Below, in pieces: positions 1-7,697 of a stretch of DNA of 44,841 nucleotides (positions are counted from its first letter, which is position 1; each line of letters opens with the position of its first letter). The position numbers and the translations under genes are program-made. The DNA is from a virus (Duplodnaviria; Caudoviricetes), in IMG/VR virus record IMGVR_UViG_3300009194_000018, positions 1 through 44,841 of that record, one strand, 5' to 3'. The notes beneath the pieces were generated by a model. That model was not told the origin of the DNA. It ran no database searches and saw only the letters and a program-made list of their open reading frames with translations.

Positions 1-2
1 GG

Positions 3-181
3 CCAGACACCATCCAAGACGTGTACAACGTCGTGGCCGAGAAGCTGACCCCACAACAAAGGGAAATTATTGAGGCGCATTTGTCAGGGTACAACTACCA
101 TGATCTGGCAGTGACCCAAAATATTGGCGCTACCATTTTGCGGCGGCGGTTGCTAAGATAAGAAAGGAGTTAAAATTGTGA
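3..181 (+). CDS. 5'-truncated sigma-70 region 4-like HTH protein (putative phage sigma/transcription factor), with an apparent 1-nt deletion at ~117-121
   Basis: Frame 3 reads PDTIQDVYNVVAEKLTPQQREIIEAHLSGYNYHDLAVTQ. Adding one A to the CAAAA run continues it as KYWRYHFAAAVAKIRKELKL*, with the TGA overlapping the GTG start of the next ORF. The pattern resembles ECF sigma region 4. Confidence 0.5.
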
Positions 182-372
182 ACGGATACATAGTGGAGTA
201 TGTCAAACAAGGATGGCCTACAATAGACATTCAGGTTGACGCCAAGCACCCCATGTTCGAGAAAGATCAAGACGTGCTGTCAATATGGCACTTTGAGAAC
301 GAAGACGAACGGGATTTCATACTGCGAGATTTACGCAAATTTAGAGAACAGCAAACAAAAGGATTAGCATGA
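178..372 (+). CDS. hypothetical protein (64 aa)
   Basis: AAGGAG Shine-Dalgarno (SD) upstream of GTG; ATGA overlap with the next gene. Confidence 0.7.
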   Translation: MNGYIVEYVKQGWPTIDIQVDAKHPMFEKDQDVLSIWHFENEDERDFILRDLRKFREQQTKGLA

Positions 373-608
373 TAATAGAAGAGCGGCAAAGTAAAGACCC
401 ATGGATTCACCGATCCAAAGGTATGAGTTGCAAAACCTGCATGTGGTTTGCTCCAAAAACAACCATTGTGCAGGGGACGATTGACACACCAAACCCCATT
501 TACCACTTGGGCCGCTGTAGGCGCCATGCACCAACAATGAACGGCTACCCAGTTGTGTTTGTGAACGACTGGTGCGGTGATCATAAACTTGACGAAAATA
601 AGGTGTAA
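369..608 (+). CDS. small Cys-rich, probably metal-binding phage protein (79 aa)
   Basis: CKTC...CRRHAP...WCGDH pattern; coupled to neighbouring genes. Confidence 0.7.
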   Translation: MIIEERQSKDPWIHRSKGMSCKTCMWFAPKTTIVQGTIDTPNPIYHLGRCRRHAPTMNGYPVVFVNDWCGDHKLDENKV

Positions 609-610
609 TT

Positions 611-802
611 ATGGCAAACGAAGCAACAAATTTATTAGCATCTTTGGGCGTAAAACCAAAAGAGCAACGCATTCAGGAAATGGCCGGAGCGGTGACACGA
701 TTAGTGGTAAACGAGGCATTACGTGAGGCCAAGGCCCGTGCACAGGTGCGAGACGCAAATACTCAGGTGCAGAAGGTCGAAAAGCCCTCGCAAAATGGGT
801 AA
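611..802 (+). CDS. hypothetical protein (63 aa)
   Basis: AAGGTG SD; follows the previous stop by 2 nt. Confidence 0.65.
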   Translation: MANEATNLLASLGVKPKEQRIQEMAGAVTRLVVNEALREAKARAQVRDANTQVQKVEKPSQNG

Positions 803-813
803 TTCTATATAGG
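796..813 (+). promoter_or_regulatory. late-promoter-like motif copy (TGGGTAATTCTATATAGG)
   Basis: Matches the motif found six more times on the - strand upstream of late genes. Confidence 0.7.
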
Positions 814-850
814 AAAGGCCTTTTTAGGCCTTGAATATAAGGCATACACC

Positions 851-1240
851 ATGGCAACGAAATCCAAATACGAGTTTAAGACGGAGATGTGCGACCAACT
901 GATAGAGTTGGGCAAGGTAGGCGCGTCTCAAAAAATGATGTTTGCAAGCGTCGGAATCAGTTCCGCGGCCGCGCAGACGTTCAAGAAAAACCACCCAGAG
1001 TTTGCGGAAGCACTGGACATGGCCATCACCCACTCACAGGCTTACTGGGAAACCCAGTTGCTTGCTAACGTGGAGAACAAGGCCTTTAACAGCAGGGTGG
1101 CTGAGATTGCGTTGAGGGGTCAGTTTCCCTCTGACTACCGCGACGACAAGAGCAGTAAGCTTGAAGTTAAGGCAGACGTTGTGTTGGATTTTTCTGGTGC
1201 AGTTACCGACCTAATTACGGCGCTCAAAAAAGCGGCGTAA
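851..1240 (+). CDS. putative terminase small subunit / DNA-packaging HTH protein
   Basis: KYEFKTEMCDQLIELGKVGAS...KKNHPEFAEAL...SQAYWE resembles HTH-type (P22 gp3-like) TerS; preceded by the late motif. Confidence 0.6.
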   Translation: MATKSKYEFKTEMCDQLIELGKVGASQKMMFASVGISSAAAQTFKKNHPEFAEALDMAITHSQAYWETQLLANVENKAFNSRVAEIALRGQFPSDYRDDKSSKLEVKADVVLDFSGAVTDLITALKKAA

Positions 1241-1246
1241 CATATC

Positions 1247-1272
1247 GTCGGTAGTTGTTAACAACTGCCGAC
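1247..1272. promoter_or_regulatory. 26-bp near-perfect palindrome
   Basis: GTCGGTAGTTGTT|AACAACTGCCGAC, one mismatch that is a G-U pair in + strand RNA. Confidence 0.6.
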
Positions 1273-1279
1273 ATTTTGT

Positions 1280-1300
1280 AAGCCCCGAGAGGGGCTTTTT
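1280..1300 (+). terminator. intrinsic terminator
   Basis: AAGCCCC-GAGA-GGGGCTT followed by a T run. Confidence 0.8.
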
Positions 1301-1324
1301 CACCTTTGCATAAAGGAGAGCATC

Positions 1325-2449
1325 ATCGCTACACACGCACTACTCAGTGCCTCAGGGTCCAAACGTTGGATGTCATGTACACCAAGCGCACGACTAGAGG
1401 CCGTACTCCCCGAACCTAAACGAAAATCAGGCGCGTTTGATTTTAGCCAAGAGGGCACAACAGCCCACACCATGGCAGAGGCCAAGCTACGCCGGCATTT
1501 TGGACAGATAACGGCCAAGGAGTACAACGAGGCCATTGCAGAGGTCAAGGCAACACCCTACTACGACGAAGAGTTTGAGGCCTACGTAGACAACTACGTG
1601 CTTTATGTTCGTTCGCAGATTGGTGAGGGCGACACACCCTACTTTGAGCAACGTGTGGACTTCAGTGAGTGGGTGCCTGACGGCTTCGGCACCGCCGACG
1701 TGGTCATAATGAGCGAGAACAAGGTGCGGGTGATCGACCTGAAGTTTGGCAAGGGTGTGGCGGTGGACGCCGAGGACAACCCGCAACTGAGGCTGTACGG
1801 CCTTGGTGGTTGGTACAAGTACAAAGACGAATTCCCAAACATAACCCACATTGAATACACCATTCACCAACCCCGCAAGGACAGCATCACCACCGAAACG
1901 GTAACGTTGGACGAGTTGAAAGACTGGGCAGAGTACGTGGTTAAACCCAAGGCCAAAAAGGCGTATGCCGGCCAAGGCGAGTTTATGGCAGGGGACCACT
2001 GTCAATTCTGCAGGGCCAAGTCACAGTGCAAGGCCCGCGCAGACTTTAACAACACGGCCGCGGCGGCCGATTTTAAAGAGCCCGCGCTTCTGTCGGAGAC
2101 TGAGTTAATCAAGGTGCTCAAGGACGCGGCTAAGACACGCAAGTGGCTTTCTGACGTTGAAGATTACATGTTGACACAGGCAACAGACCACGGCAAAGTA
2201 CCCACTGGTTACGAGTTGGGGCAGTCAAGCACCAACCGCAAAATAGACGCGCAAGAAGATGCGGCAAAAAAGTTACAGAAAGCTGGATTTGATGATATAT
2301 TCACCACACCCAGTTTAAAATCTGTGGCACAATTGGAAAAGCAGGTAGGCAAAGGGCCCCTCCAAGATATTCTTGGTGACCTGATTGTCAAGCCTGCAGG
2401 GGAACCAAAACTGGTGCCCTCGAAGTTGAAGGAAGAGTTTGGGTCTTGA
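1325..2449 (+). CDS. DUF2800-family Cas4-like PD-(D/E)XK exonuclease; probable ATC start
   Basis: HALLSASGSKRWMSC, EGTTAH, GFGTADV, IDLKFGKG, NPQLRLY and HCQFCRAKSQC motifs; AAAGGAG SD 6 nt before ATC at 1325. Confidence 0.85.
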   Translation: MATHALLSASGSKRWMSCTPSARLEAVLPEPKRKSGAFDFSQEGTTAHTMAEAKLRRHFGQITAKEYNEAIAEVKATPYYDEEFEAYVDNYVLYVRSQIGEGDTPYFEQRVDFSEWVPDGFGTADVVIMSENKVRVIDLKFGKGVAVDAEDNPQLRLYGLGGWYKYKDEFPNITHIEYTIHQPRKDSITTETVTLDELKDWAEYVVKPKAKKAYAGQGEFMAGDHCQFCRAKSQCKARADFNNTAAAADFKEPALLSETELIKVLKDAAKTRKWLSDVEDYMLTQATDHGKVPTGYELGQSSTNRKIDAQEDAAKKLQKAGFDDIFTTPSLKSVAQLEKQVGKGPLQDILGDLIVKPAGEPKLVPSKLKEEFGS

Positions 2450-2476
2450 GAGCCACCTATTTCAAAGTGCTCTCGA
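2446..2476 (+). promoter_or_regulatory. stem-loop in the SSB leader
   Basis: GAGAGCCAC...GTGCTCTC inverted repeat between the nuclease stop and the SSB SD. Confidence 0.4.
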
Positions 2477-2498
2477 ATTAGTAAACAAGGAGGCCAAG

Positions 2499-3011
2499 AT
2501 GGCCAAGAACGAAAAAGTGGTTACCGGTAAAGTGCGTTTTTCTTATGCTAACGTGTTCAAACCCGTTGCAAGCGAAGAGGGCAAAACCCCCAAGTATTCT
2601 GTGTCGGTGATTATCGACAAGAAGGACAAGGAGACCATCGATAAGATCAACGCGGCTTTTGAAAAAGCCAAAGCGGCAAGCGCGGCCTATTTTGGCGGCA
2701 CTGTTCCAAAGGGCCTTAAAGGCGGCCTGCGTGACGGTGACGCGGAGAAGGACGACGCGGCGTATGAAAATTCGTTTTTCATCAACGCCAATTCTGTGCA
2801 AAAGCCCGGAGTTGTGGACGCTGAATTGAACGCGATCATTGACCCAGAAGAGTTCTATTCTGGTTGCTACGGCCGAGTGTCATTGACATTCTACGCCTAC
2901 AACCAACAGGGCTCCAAGGGCATTGCCTGCGGTTTAGGCAACTTGCAAAAGTTGGAAGACGGCGAGCGTTTGGGTGGTGGTTCTTCCGCCGCCTCTGACT
3001 TCGCGGTCTAA
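2499..3011 (+). CDS. DUF2815-family phage single-stranded DNA-binding protein
   Basis: VRFSYANVF, KYSVSVII, GLRDGD, FYSGCYGR and GIACGLGNLQKLEDGERLGG motifs with an acidic DF tail; AAGGAGG SD before ATG 2499. Confidence 0.9.
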   Translation: MAKNEKVVTGKVRFSYANVFKPVASEEGKTPKYSVSVIIDKKDKETIDKINAAFEKAKAASAAYFGGTVPKGLKGGLRDGDAEKDDAAYENSFFINANSVQKPGVVDAELNAIIDPEEFYSGCYGRVSLTFYAYNQQGSKGIACGLGNLQKLEDGERLGGGSSAASDFAV

Positions 3012-3061
3012 GTAGGTTGGGGGCCTAGCCCCTAATTTGTTTAATATACTGAACATTTATT

Positions 3062-3238
3062 ATGATCAAACTTGAATTTACTGTCGATGAAACTAACCAC
3101 ATTCTGAGTTTGTTGGGCAAGCTTCCCTTTGCTGACGTGAACATGACCATCATGGCCATCGTTGACCAAGGCCGCCCACAAGCAGAAGCCTTGGAGGCCG
3201 AACAAGCCGCCAAAGCAAAAGAAACAGCAGAAGAGTAA
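3062..3238 (+). CDS. hypothetical protein (58 aa, MIKLEFTVDETNHILSLLGKLPF...)
   Basis: Read manually (below the ORF-track cutoff); fills the gap and is followed by a terminator. Confidence 0.7.
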   Translation: MIKLEFTVDETNHILSLLGKLPFADVNMTIMAIVDQGRPQAEALEAEQAAKAKETAEE

Positions 3239-3255
3239 TCTTTGCTGTCCCCGAC

Positions 3256-3282
3256 GCCCACTCTCACGCGTGGGCTTTTTTT
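3256..3282 (+). terminator. intrinsic terminator
   Basis: GCCCAC-loop-GTGGGC followed by T7. Confidence 0.75.
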
Positions 3283-3306
3283 GTCTCTAAAATTTATCAC
3301 CATAAA

Positions 3307-5174
3307 ATGAACCAATACCAACAGTACATCCACAAAAGCAGATACGCTAAGTTCATGCCAGATCAAAATCGACGTGAGGACTGGAACGAAACTGTAAACC
3401 GTTACGTGAACTATGTTTTTGAAAAGACACCCAAACTTGATTCTTCAATGAAGCAAGACATTTTTAACGCCATATCTGGCCATCACATCATGCCGTCAAT
3501 GCGCGCCATGATGACCTCTGGAAAAGCCGCCGACCGTGACAACACCTGCGTATACAACTGCTCATACCTCCCCGTGGACGACGTCAAGTCATTTGACGAA
3601 GCCATGTTCATTCTGCTCTGTGGTACAGGTGTCGGCTTCTCTGTGGAATCTAAGTACACAAACAAACTGCCCGACGTGCCAGAGCGCCTGTTTGAGTCTA
3701 GCCACGTTATCAACGTGCACGACAGCAAAGAAGGTTGGGCCAAGTCATACCGCCTGTTACTAGCCAACCTGTACGCCGGTGAGATCCCAAAATGGGACGT
3801 GAGCAGGGTGCGCGCCGCAGGCACACCCCTGAAGACCTTTGGTGGCCGCGCATCCGGTCCAGAGCCACTGGTTGACCTGTTCCACTTCACAATCAAAATC
3901 TTCAAGGCCGCACAGGGCCGCAAGCTAAACACGCTTGAGTGCCACGACCTGATGTGCAAGATCGGTGAGGTTGTTGTGGTGGGTGGCGTGCGCCGTTCTG
4001 CCATGATCTCTTTGTCCGACCTGAACGACGAGCGTATCCGCCACGCCAAGTCTGGTAACTGGTGGGAGACTGCCGGCCACCGAGCACTGGCCAACAACAG
4101 CGCGGTGTACGACGTTAAGCCAACAGTTGGCACGTTCTTGGAAGAGTGGACGTCGCTGTATAACAGCCACTCAGGCGAGCGCGGTATTTTCAACCGTGAG
4201 GCCGCAAAGGCCGCGGTGGCCAAGTACGGCAAGCGTGATCCCAACTTTGAGTTTGGCACAAACCCCTGCAGTGAGATCATTCTGCGCCCCTACCAGTTCT
4301 GTAACCTGACAGAGGTGATGGTGCGCCCTGAGGACACACTGGAGAGTTTGAAGCAGAAGGTGCGTATGGCGGCCATTTTAGGCACCATACAGGCCACGTT
4401 CACGCACTTCCCATACCTGCGTAAGGTCTGGCAACGAAACACCGAGGAAGAGCGTTTGTTAGGTGTGTCTTTGACCGGCATCTACGACCACAAGGTTACG
4501 AGTAACCCAGACGGCGCCGCGTTGTGGTTGCCCCAGTTGCGTTTGGTTGCTGAAGAGGCCAACGCTGAGTACGCCGACCTGCTTGGTATCCCACGCTCAA
4601 CAGCTATTACCGCCGTTAAGCCTAGCGGTACAGTGAGCCAGTTGACAGACACAGCAAGCGGCATTCACCCACGCCACTCACCCTACTACATCCGCCGCGT
4701 GCGCGGTGACATGAAGGACCCGCTGTCCCAGTTCTTGGTTGCCCAAGGCATCCCCAACGAGCCATGTGTGATGAAGCCCAACAACACGATCGTGTCAGCT
4801 TCCCACAGAAGGCGCCTGAGGGTTTGACCACACGCGACGACATTGACGCGATTGACCACTTGGGTCTGTGGCTGACGTACCAACGCCACTGGTGTGAGCA
4901 CAAGCCCTCTGTGACCATTTCGGTCAAGGAGAGTGAGTGGCCCAAGGTGGGTGCGTTTGTTTGGGACCACTTTGACGAAATGTCAGGCGTGTCGTTCTTG
5001 CCCCATGACGGCGGCACGTACAGACAGGCCCCATACGAGGAGTGCACCAAGGAAGACTACGACAGACTGTTGGCGCAAATGCCAACAATCGAGTGGGCAA
5101 AGTTTGCCGAAAACACCGATAATGTAGAAGGCGCCCAAATGCTTGCCTGTGTGGCCGGCGTCTGTGAGATATAA
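3307..5174 (+). CDS. nrdJ: class II (adenosylcobalamin-dependent) ribonucleotide reductase, split by a 1-nt frameshift at ~4795
   Basis: YNCSY, VVVGGVRRSA, GTNPCSEI, FCNLTEV and VKPSGTVSQL in ORF 3307-4827; WCEHKPSVT and C-terminal CVAGVC in ORF 4764-5174; no beta-subunit gene nearby. Confidence 0.9.
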
Positions 5175-5180
5175 TTAAAC

Positions 5181-5226
5181 TGGGGTGGTGCCTCTGAGGG
5201 TTCTCGGGGGAGCGCACACCACCCCA
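5181..5226 (+). promoter_or_regulatory. long stem-loop after nrdJ (terminator or processing site)
   Basis: TGGGGTGGTG...CACCACCCCA outer stem with an inner CCTCTGAG/CTCGGGGG stem, then CCTTTT. Confidence 0.6.
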
Positions 5227-5242
5227 CCTTTTAGGAGTAGGT

Positions 5243-5389
5243 ATGAAAGAGAAAATTTTACGAATTTGTGAAAATGTTCTTGGTGCTTTTACCATGTTGG
5301 TGGGAATAATTGGCGCGGCATACCTTGGCTTTATTGCCATGGGTTTGTGGGCCCATTTGCACCAGTACGCACTGAGCGCTTTCAAATGA
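5243..5389 (+). CDS. small membrane protein (48 aa)
   Basis: AGGAG SD; MKEKILRICENVLGAFTMLVGIIGAAYLGFIAMGLW is hydrophobic; ATGA overlap with the next gene. Confidence 0.7.
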   Translation: MKEKILRICENVLGAFTMLVGIIGAAYLGFIAMGLWAHLHQYALSAFK

Positions 5390-5604
5390 TCGAACCAGAT
5401 GTAGTTAATAGTCCCCCTCACTACACCGAACACCCGTCGGGTATTGAGTGTATTCAAGTTACTGAGCACATGGGGTTTAACCTAGGTAACGCGATTAAAT
5501 ACATCTGGCGTTGTGACTTGAAGAAAGATGCCATTGAGGACTTGAAGAAGGCTAAATGGTACATTGATCGCGAAATTCAAAAACGCACAAAATCTATGTT
5601 ATAG
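5386..5604 (+). CDS. DUF3310 / T7 gp1.7-like protein
   Basis: DVVNSPPHY...IECI...FNLGNAIKYIWR...EDLKKAKWY signature. Confidence 0.9.
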   Translation: MIEPDVVNSPPHYTEHPSGIECIQVTEHMGFNLGNAIKYIWRCDLKKDAIEDLKKAKWYIDREIQKRTKSML

Positions 5605-5643
5605 TTTGCGGGTGTTTCATGGTGAGTCCTTAGTGGACTTTTA

Positions 5644-5674
5644 AGCAGGGAGGGAAACCTCTCTGCTCTTTTTT
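5644..5674 (+). terminator. intrinsic terminator upstream of the polymerase gene
   Basis: AGCAGGGAGG-GAAA-CCTCTCTGCT followed by CTTTTTT. Confidence 0.8.
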
Positions 5675-5708
5675 AACGCAGATTCGTCTGCATGCCTTAG
5701 GAGCAGTT

Positions 5709-7652
5709 ATGTCAGTTCTTTCAATCGACTTTGAGACCCGTAGCAAGGTCGATCTCAAGGTCCACGGCCTTGATTATTATTCTTCCCACCACAGCACAGA
5801 GATCATTTGCCTAGCCGCAGGTTTCACCGCGGACGACGTGCAGGTGTGGGCCCCCGACAAAATACCCGATTGGGTGTTTAACCACATGGTTCACGGCGGC
5901 AAAATATCCGCATGGAACGCGTCGTTCGAGTACCACATTTGGAACCGTGTGGGCGAGCGCTTTTGTTGGCCCACAATCACATGGAGTCAACTGATTGACT
6001 CTATGGCCATAGCGGCCGCAAACAACATCCCACAGGACTTGGATACAGCCGGCGAGGTTATGCAGGCAGACTTCCAAAAAGACAAGCGCGGCAAGAAGCT
6101 TATTCAACTGTTGAGCAAGCCCAAGAAGGACGGCACGTTCAACATGGACCCAGAGCTACTGGCCGAAATGTTTGAGTACTGCAAACGTGACGTGCAGACC
6201 GAGATTGCAGTCGTCGGAAAGTTACGCCAACTGTCACCTTCCGAGCAGTCTGTGTGGGTGGCAACCCAGAAGATCAACCAACGCGGCGTGCCAGTGGACC
6301 CCGCGGAGTTGGGCAACATCATCAACGTGGTGGCTCACGAGATGAGCCACATTAACGAAGAGATTACGCGCCTGACTGGCGGCATTGAGGTGTCCAAGCG
6401 CGAGCAACTGCTCAACTGGTTCAGGTCCAAGGGTCTGGACATACCAGACATGCAGGCCGAAACAATTGAGAATCTAACAAAGAAATCGCATTCTAACAAG
6501 GACGTTGTTAGGGTTCTGGAATTACGTTACGAGGGTTCTAAAACGTCTGTCACCAAGTTCAATAAGATGGGCGACGTGCAGGTAAACGGTCGCATTCGTA
6601 ACGGTCTGGTGTACCACGGCGCCTCTACAGGGCGTTGGGCCAGTCGTGGGATCAACCTGCAGAACATCGCGCGCCCCGCGCTGTGGATGAAGGACCAAGA
6701 CATTGCAGACGCTGTGCAGATAGGTCTGGAGCATGGAGGCTACTTGGCCATGAAGGAGCGCTTTGGTGACCGTGTGATGGACGCGTGCTCGTCGATTGTG
6801 CGCAACGCCATCAAGGCACCGGAGGGGTACACCTTTGTGGACGCTGACCTGTCATCGATAGAGAACAGGGTGGCGTCGTGGATCGCAGGCCAGAACGACA
6901 AGGTGGAGTTGTTCCGACAAGGACTGGACGAGTACAAAACGTTCGCGTCAACAAGCCTGTACAAGGTGCCCTACGAACAGGTGACCAAGGACATGCGTCA
7001 GGTCAGCAAGTCTGCTGTGCTCGGTTGCATGTTTGGGCAGGGCGCAAAGGGCCTTGTGGCCTACGCTGAAGGCATGGGGGTGATGTTGGACCTCGGGCAG
7101 GCAGAGAACGCTGTGAACGCGTACAGGCTGTCTTACGCTAAGGTGAAGAACTGTTGGTTCCTAATGGGTCAAGCGGCCATCGACGCTATTAAGGAGCAGG
7201 GAAGCCCCTTTAAGGCCGGTAAGGTGACGTTTAAGGTGGTTAAGGGCGCGTTGTGGATGCAACTACCCAGTGGCCGCCTAATTTGTTGGCAAGCCCCTGA
7301 GGTCGTTCAGGAGTACACGCCATGGGGTAAGTTGGCTGACGTGGTGTATGTTACCAGTCAGAACACTTTCACCCGCAAGTGGGGCCGCAACAAGCTTATT
7401 GGTTCTAGCATCTTCCAGTCCGCCGTTCAGGGAACCGCAAGAGATTTTCTTGCCGAGGCTACGCTTGAACTGGAGGGTAAAGGCGTTTCGGTGATTAACC
7501 TGATCCATGATGAAATTCTTTCGTTATGCCGTGTTGAAGACGCGAAACAAACTGAAGAATTGGTGATGAAGTCTTTGACCACACCACCAAGTTGGGCGGG
7601 AGATTTCCCGCTTGCGGCAGAGTCTTGGATCGACACACGCTACCGCAAATAA
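5709..7652 (+). CDS. polA: family A DNA polymerase with a 3'-5' exonuclease domain (APSE/SPO2-like)
   Basis: Exonuclease motifs IDFET, AWNASFE, YCKRDV; TGRWA, motif A DADLSSIE, motif B RQVSKSAVLGCMFG, motif C IHDE. Confidence 0.95.
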   Translation: MSVLSIDFETRSKVDLKVHGLDYYSSHHSTEIICLAAGFTADDVQVWAPDKIPDWVFNHMVHGGKISAWNASFEYHIWNRVGERFCWPTITWSQLIDSMAIAAANNIPQDLDTAGEVMQADFQKDKRGKKLIQLLSKPKKDGTFNMDPELLAEMFEYCKRDVQTEIAVVGKLRQLSPSEQSVWVATQKINQRGVPVDPAELGNIINVVAHEMSHINEEITRLTGGIEVSKREQLLNWFRSKGLDIPDMQAETIENLTKKSHSNKDVVRVLELRYEGSKTSVTKFNKMGDVQVNGRIRNGLVYHGASTGRWASRGINLQNIARPALWMKDQDIADAVQIGLEHGGYLAMKERFGDRVMDACSSIVRNAIKAPEGYTFVDADLSSIENRVASWIAGQNDKVELFRQGLDEYKTFASTSLYKVPYEQVTKDMRQVSKSAVLGCMFGQGAKGLVAYAEGMGVMLDLGQAENAVNAYRLSYAKVKNCWFLMGQAAIDAIKEQGSPFKAGKVTFKVVKGALWMQLPSGRLICWQAPEVVQEYTPWGKLADVVYVTSQNTFTRKWGRNKLIGSSIFQSAVQGTARDFLAEATLELEGKGVSVINLIHDEILSLCRVEDAKQTEELVMKSLTTPPSWAGDFPLAAESWIDTRYRK

Positions 7653-7656
7653 GGGC

Positions 7657-7689
7657 GAGAAGGGGGGTGGTTTGGTAGCCACTCTTCTC
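7657..7689. terminator. hairpin between the convergent early and late arms
   Basis: GAGAAGGGGGGTGG...CCACTCTTCTC imperfect inverted repeat in the 45-nt convergent gap. Confidence 0.55.
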
Positions 7690-7697
7690 CCCCAAGC

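Noticed and set aside
1325-2449. Cas4-like gene as evidence of CRISPR-Cas
   Set aside because: DUF2800 next to a DUF2815 SSB and PolA is a standard phage replication module; no other cas genes or array are present
4785-4830. Programmed ribosomal frameshift or intron in nrdJ
   Set aside because: No slippery sequence or intervening sequence; one added T restores the expected protein
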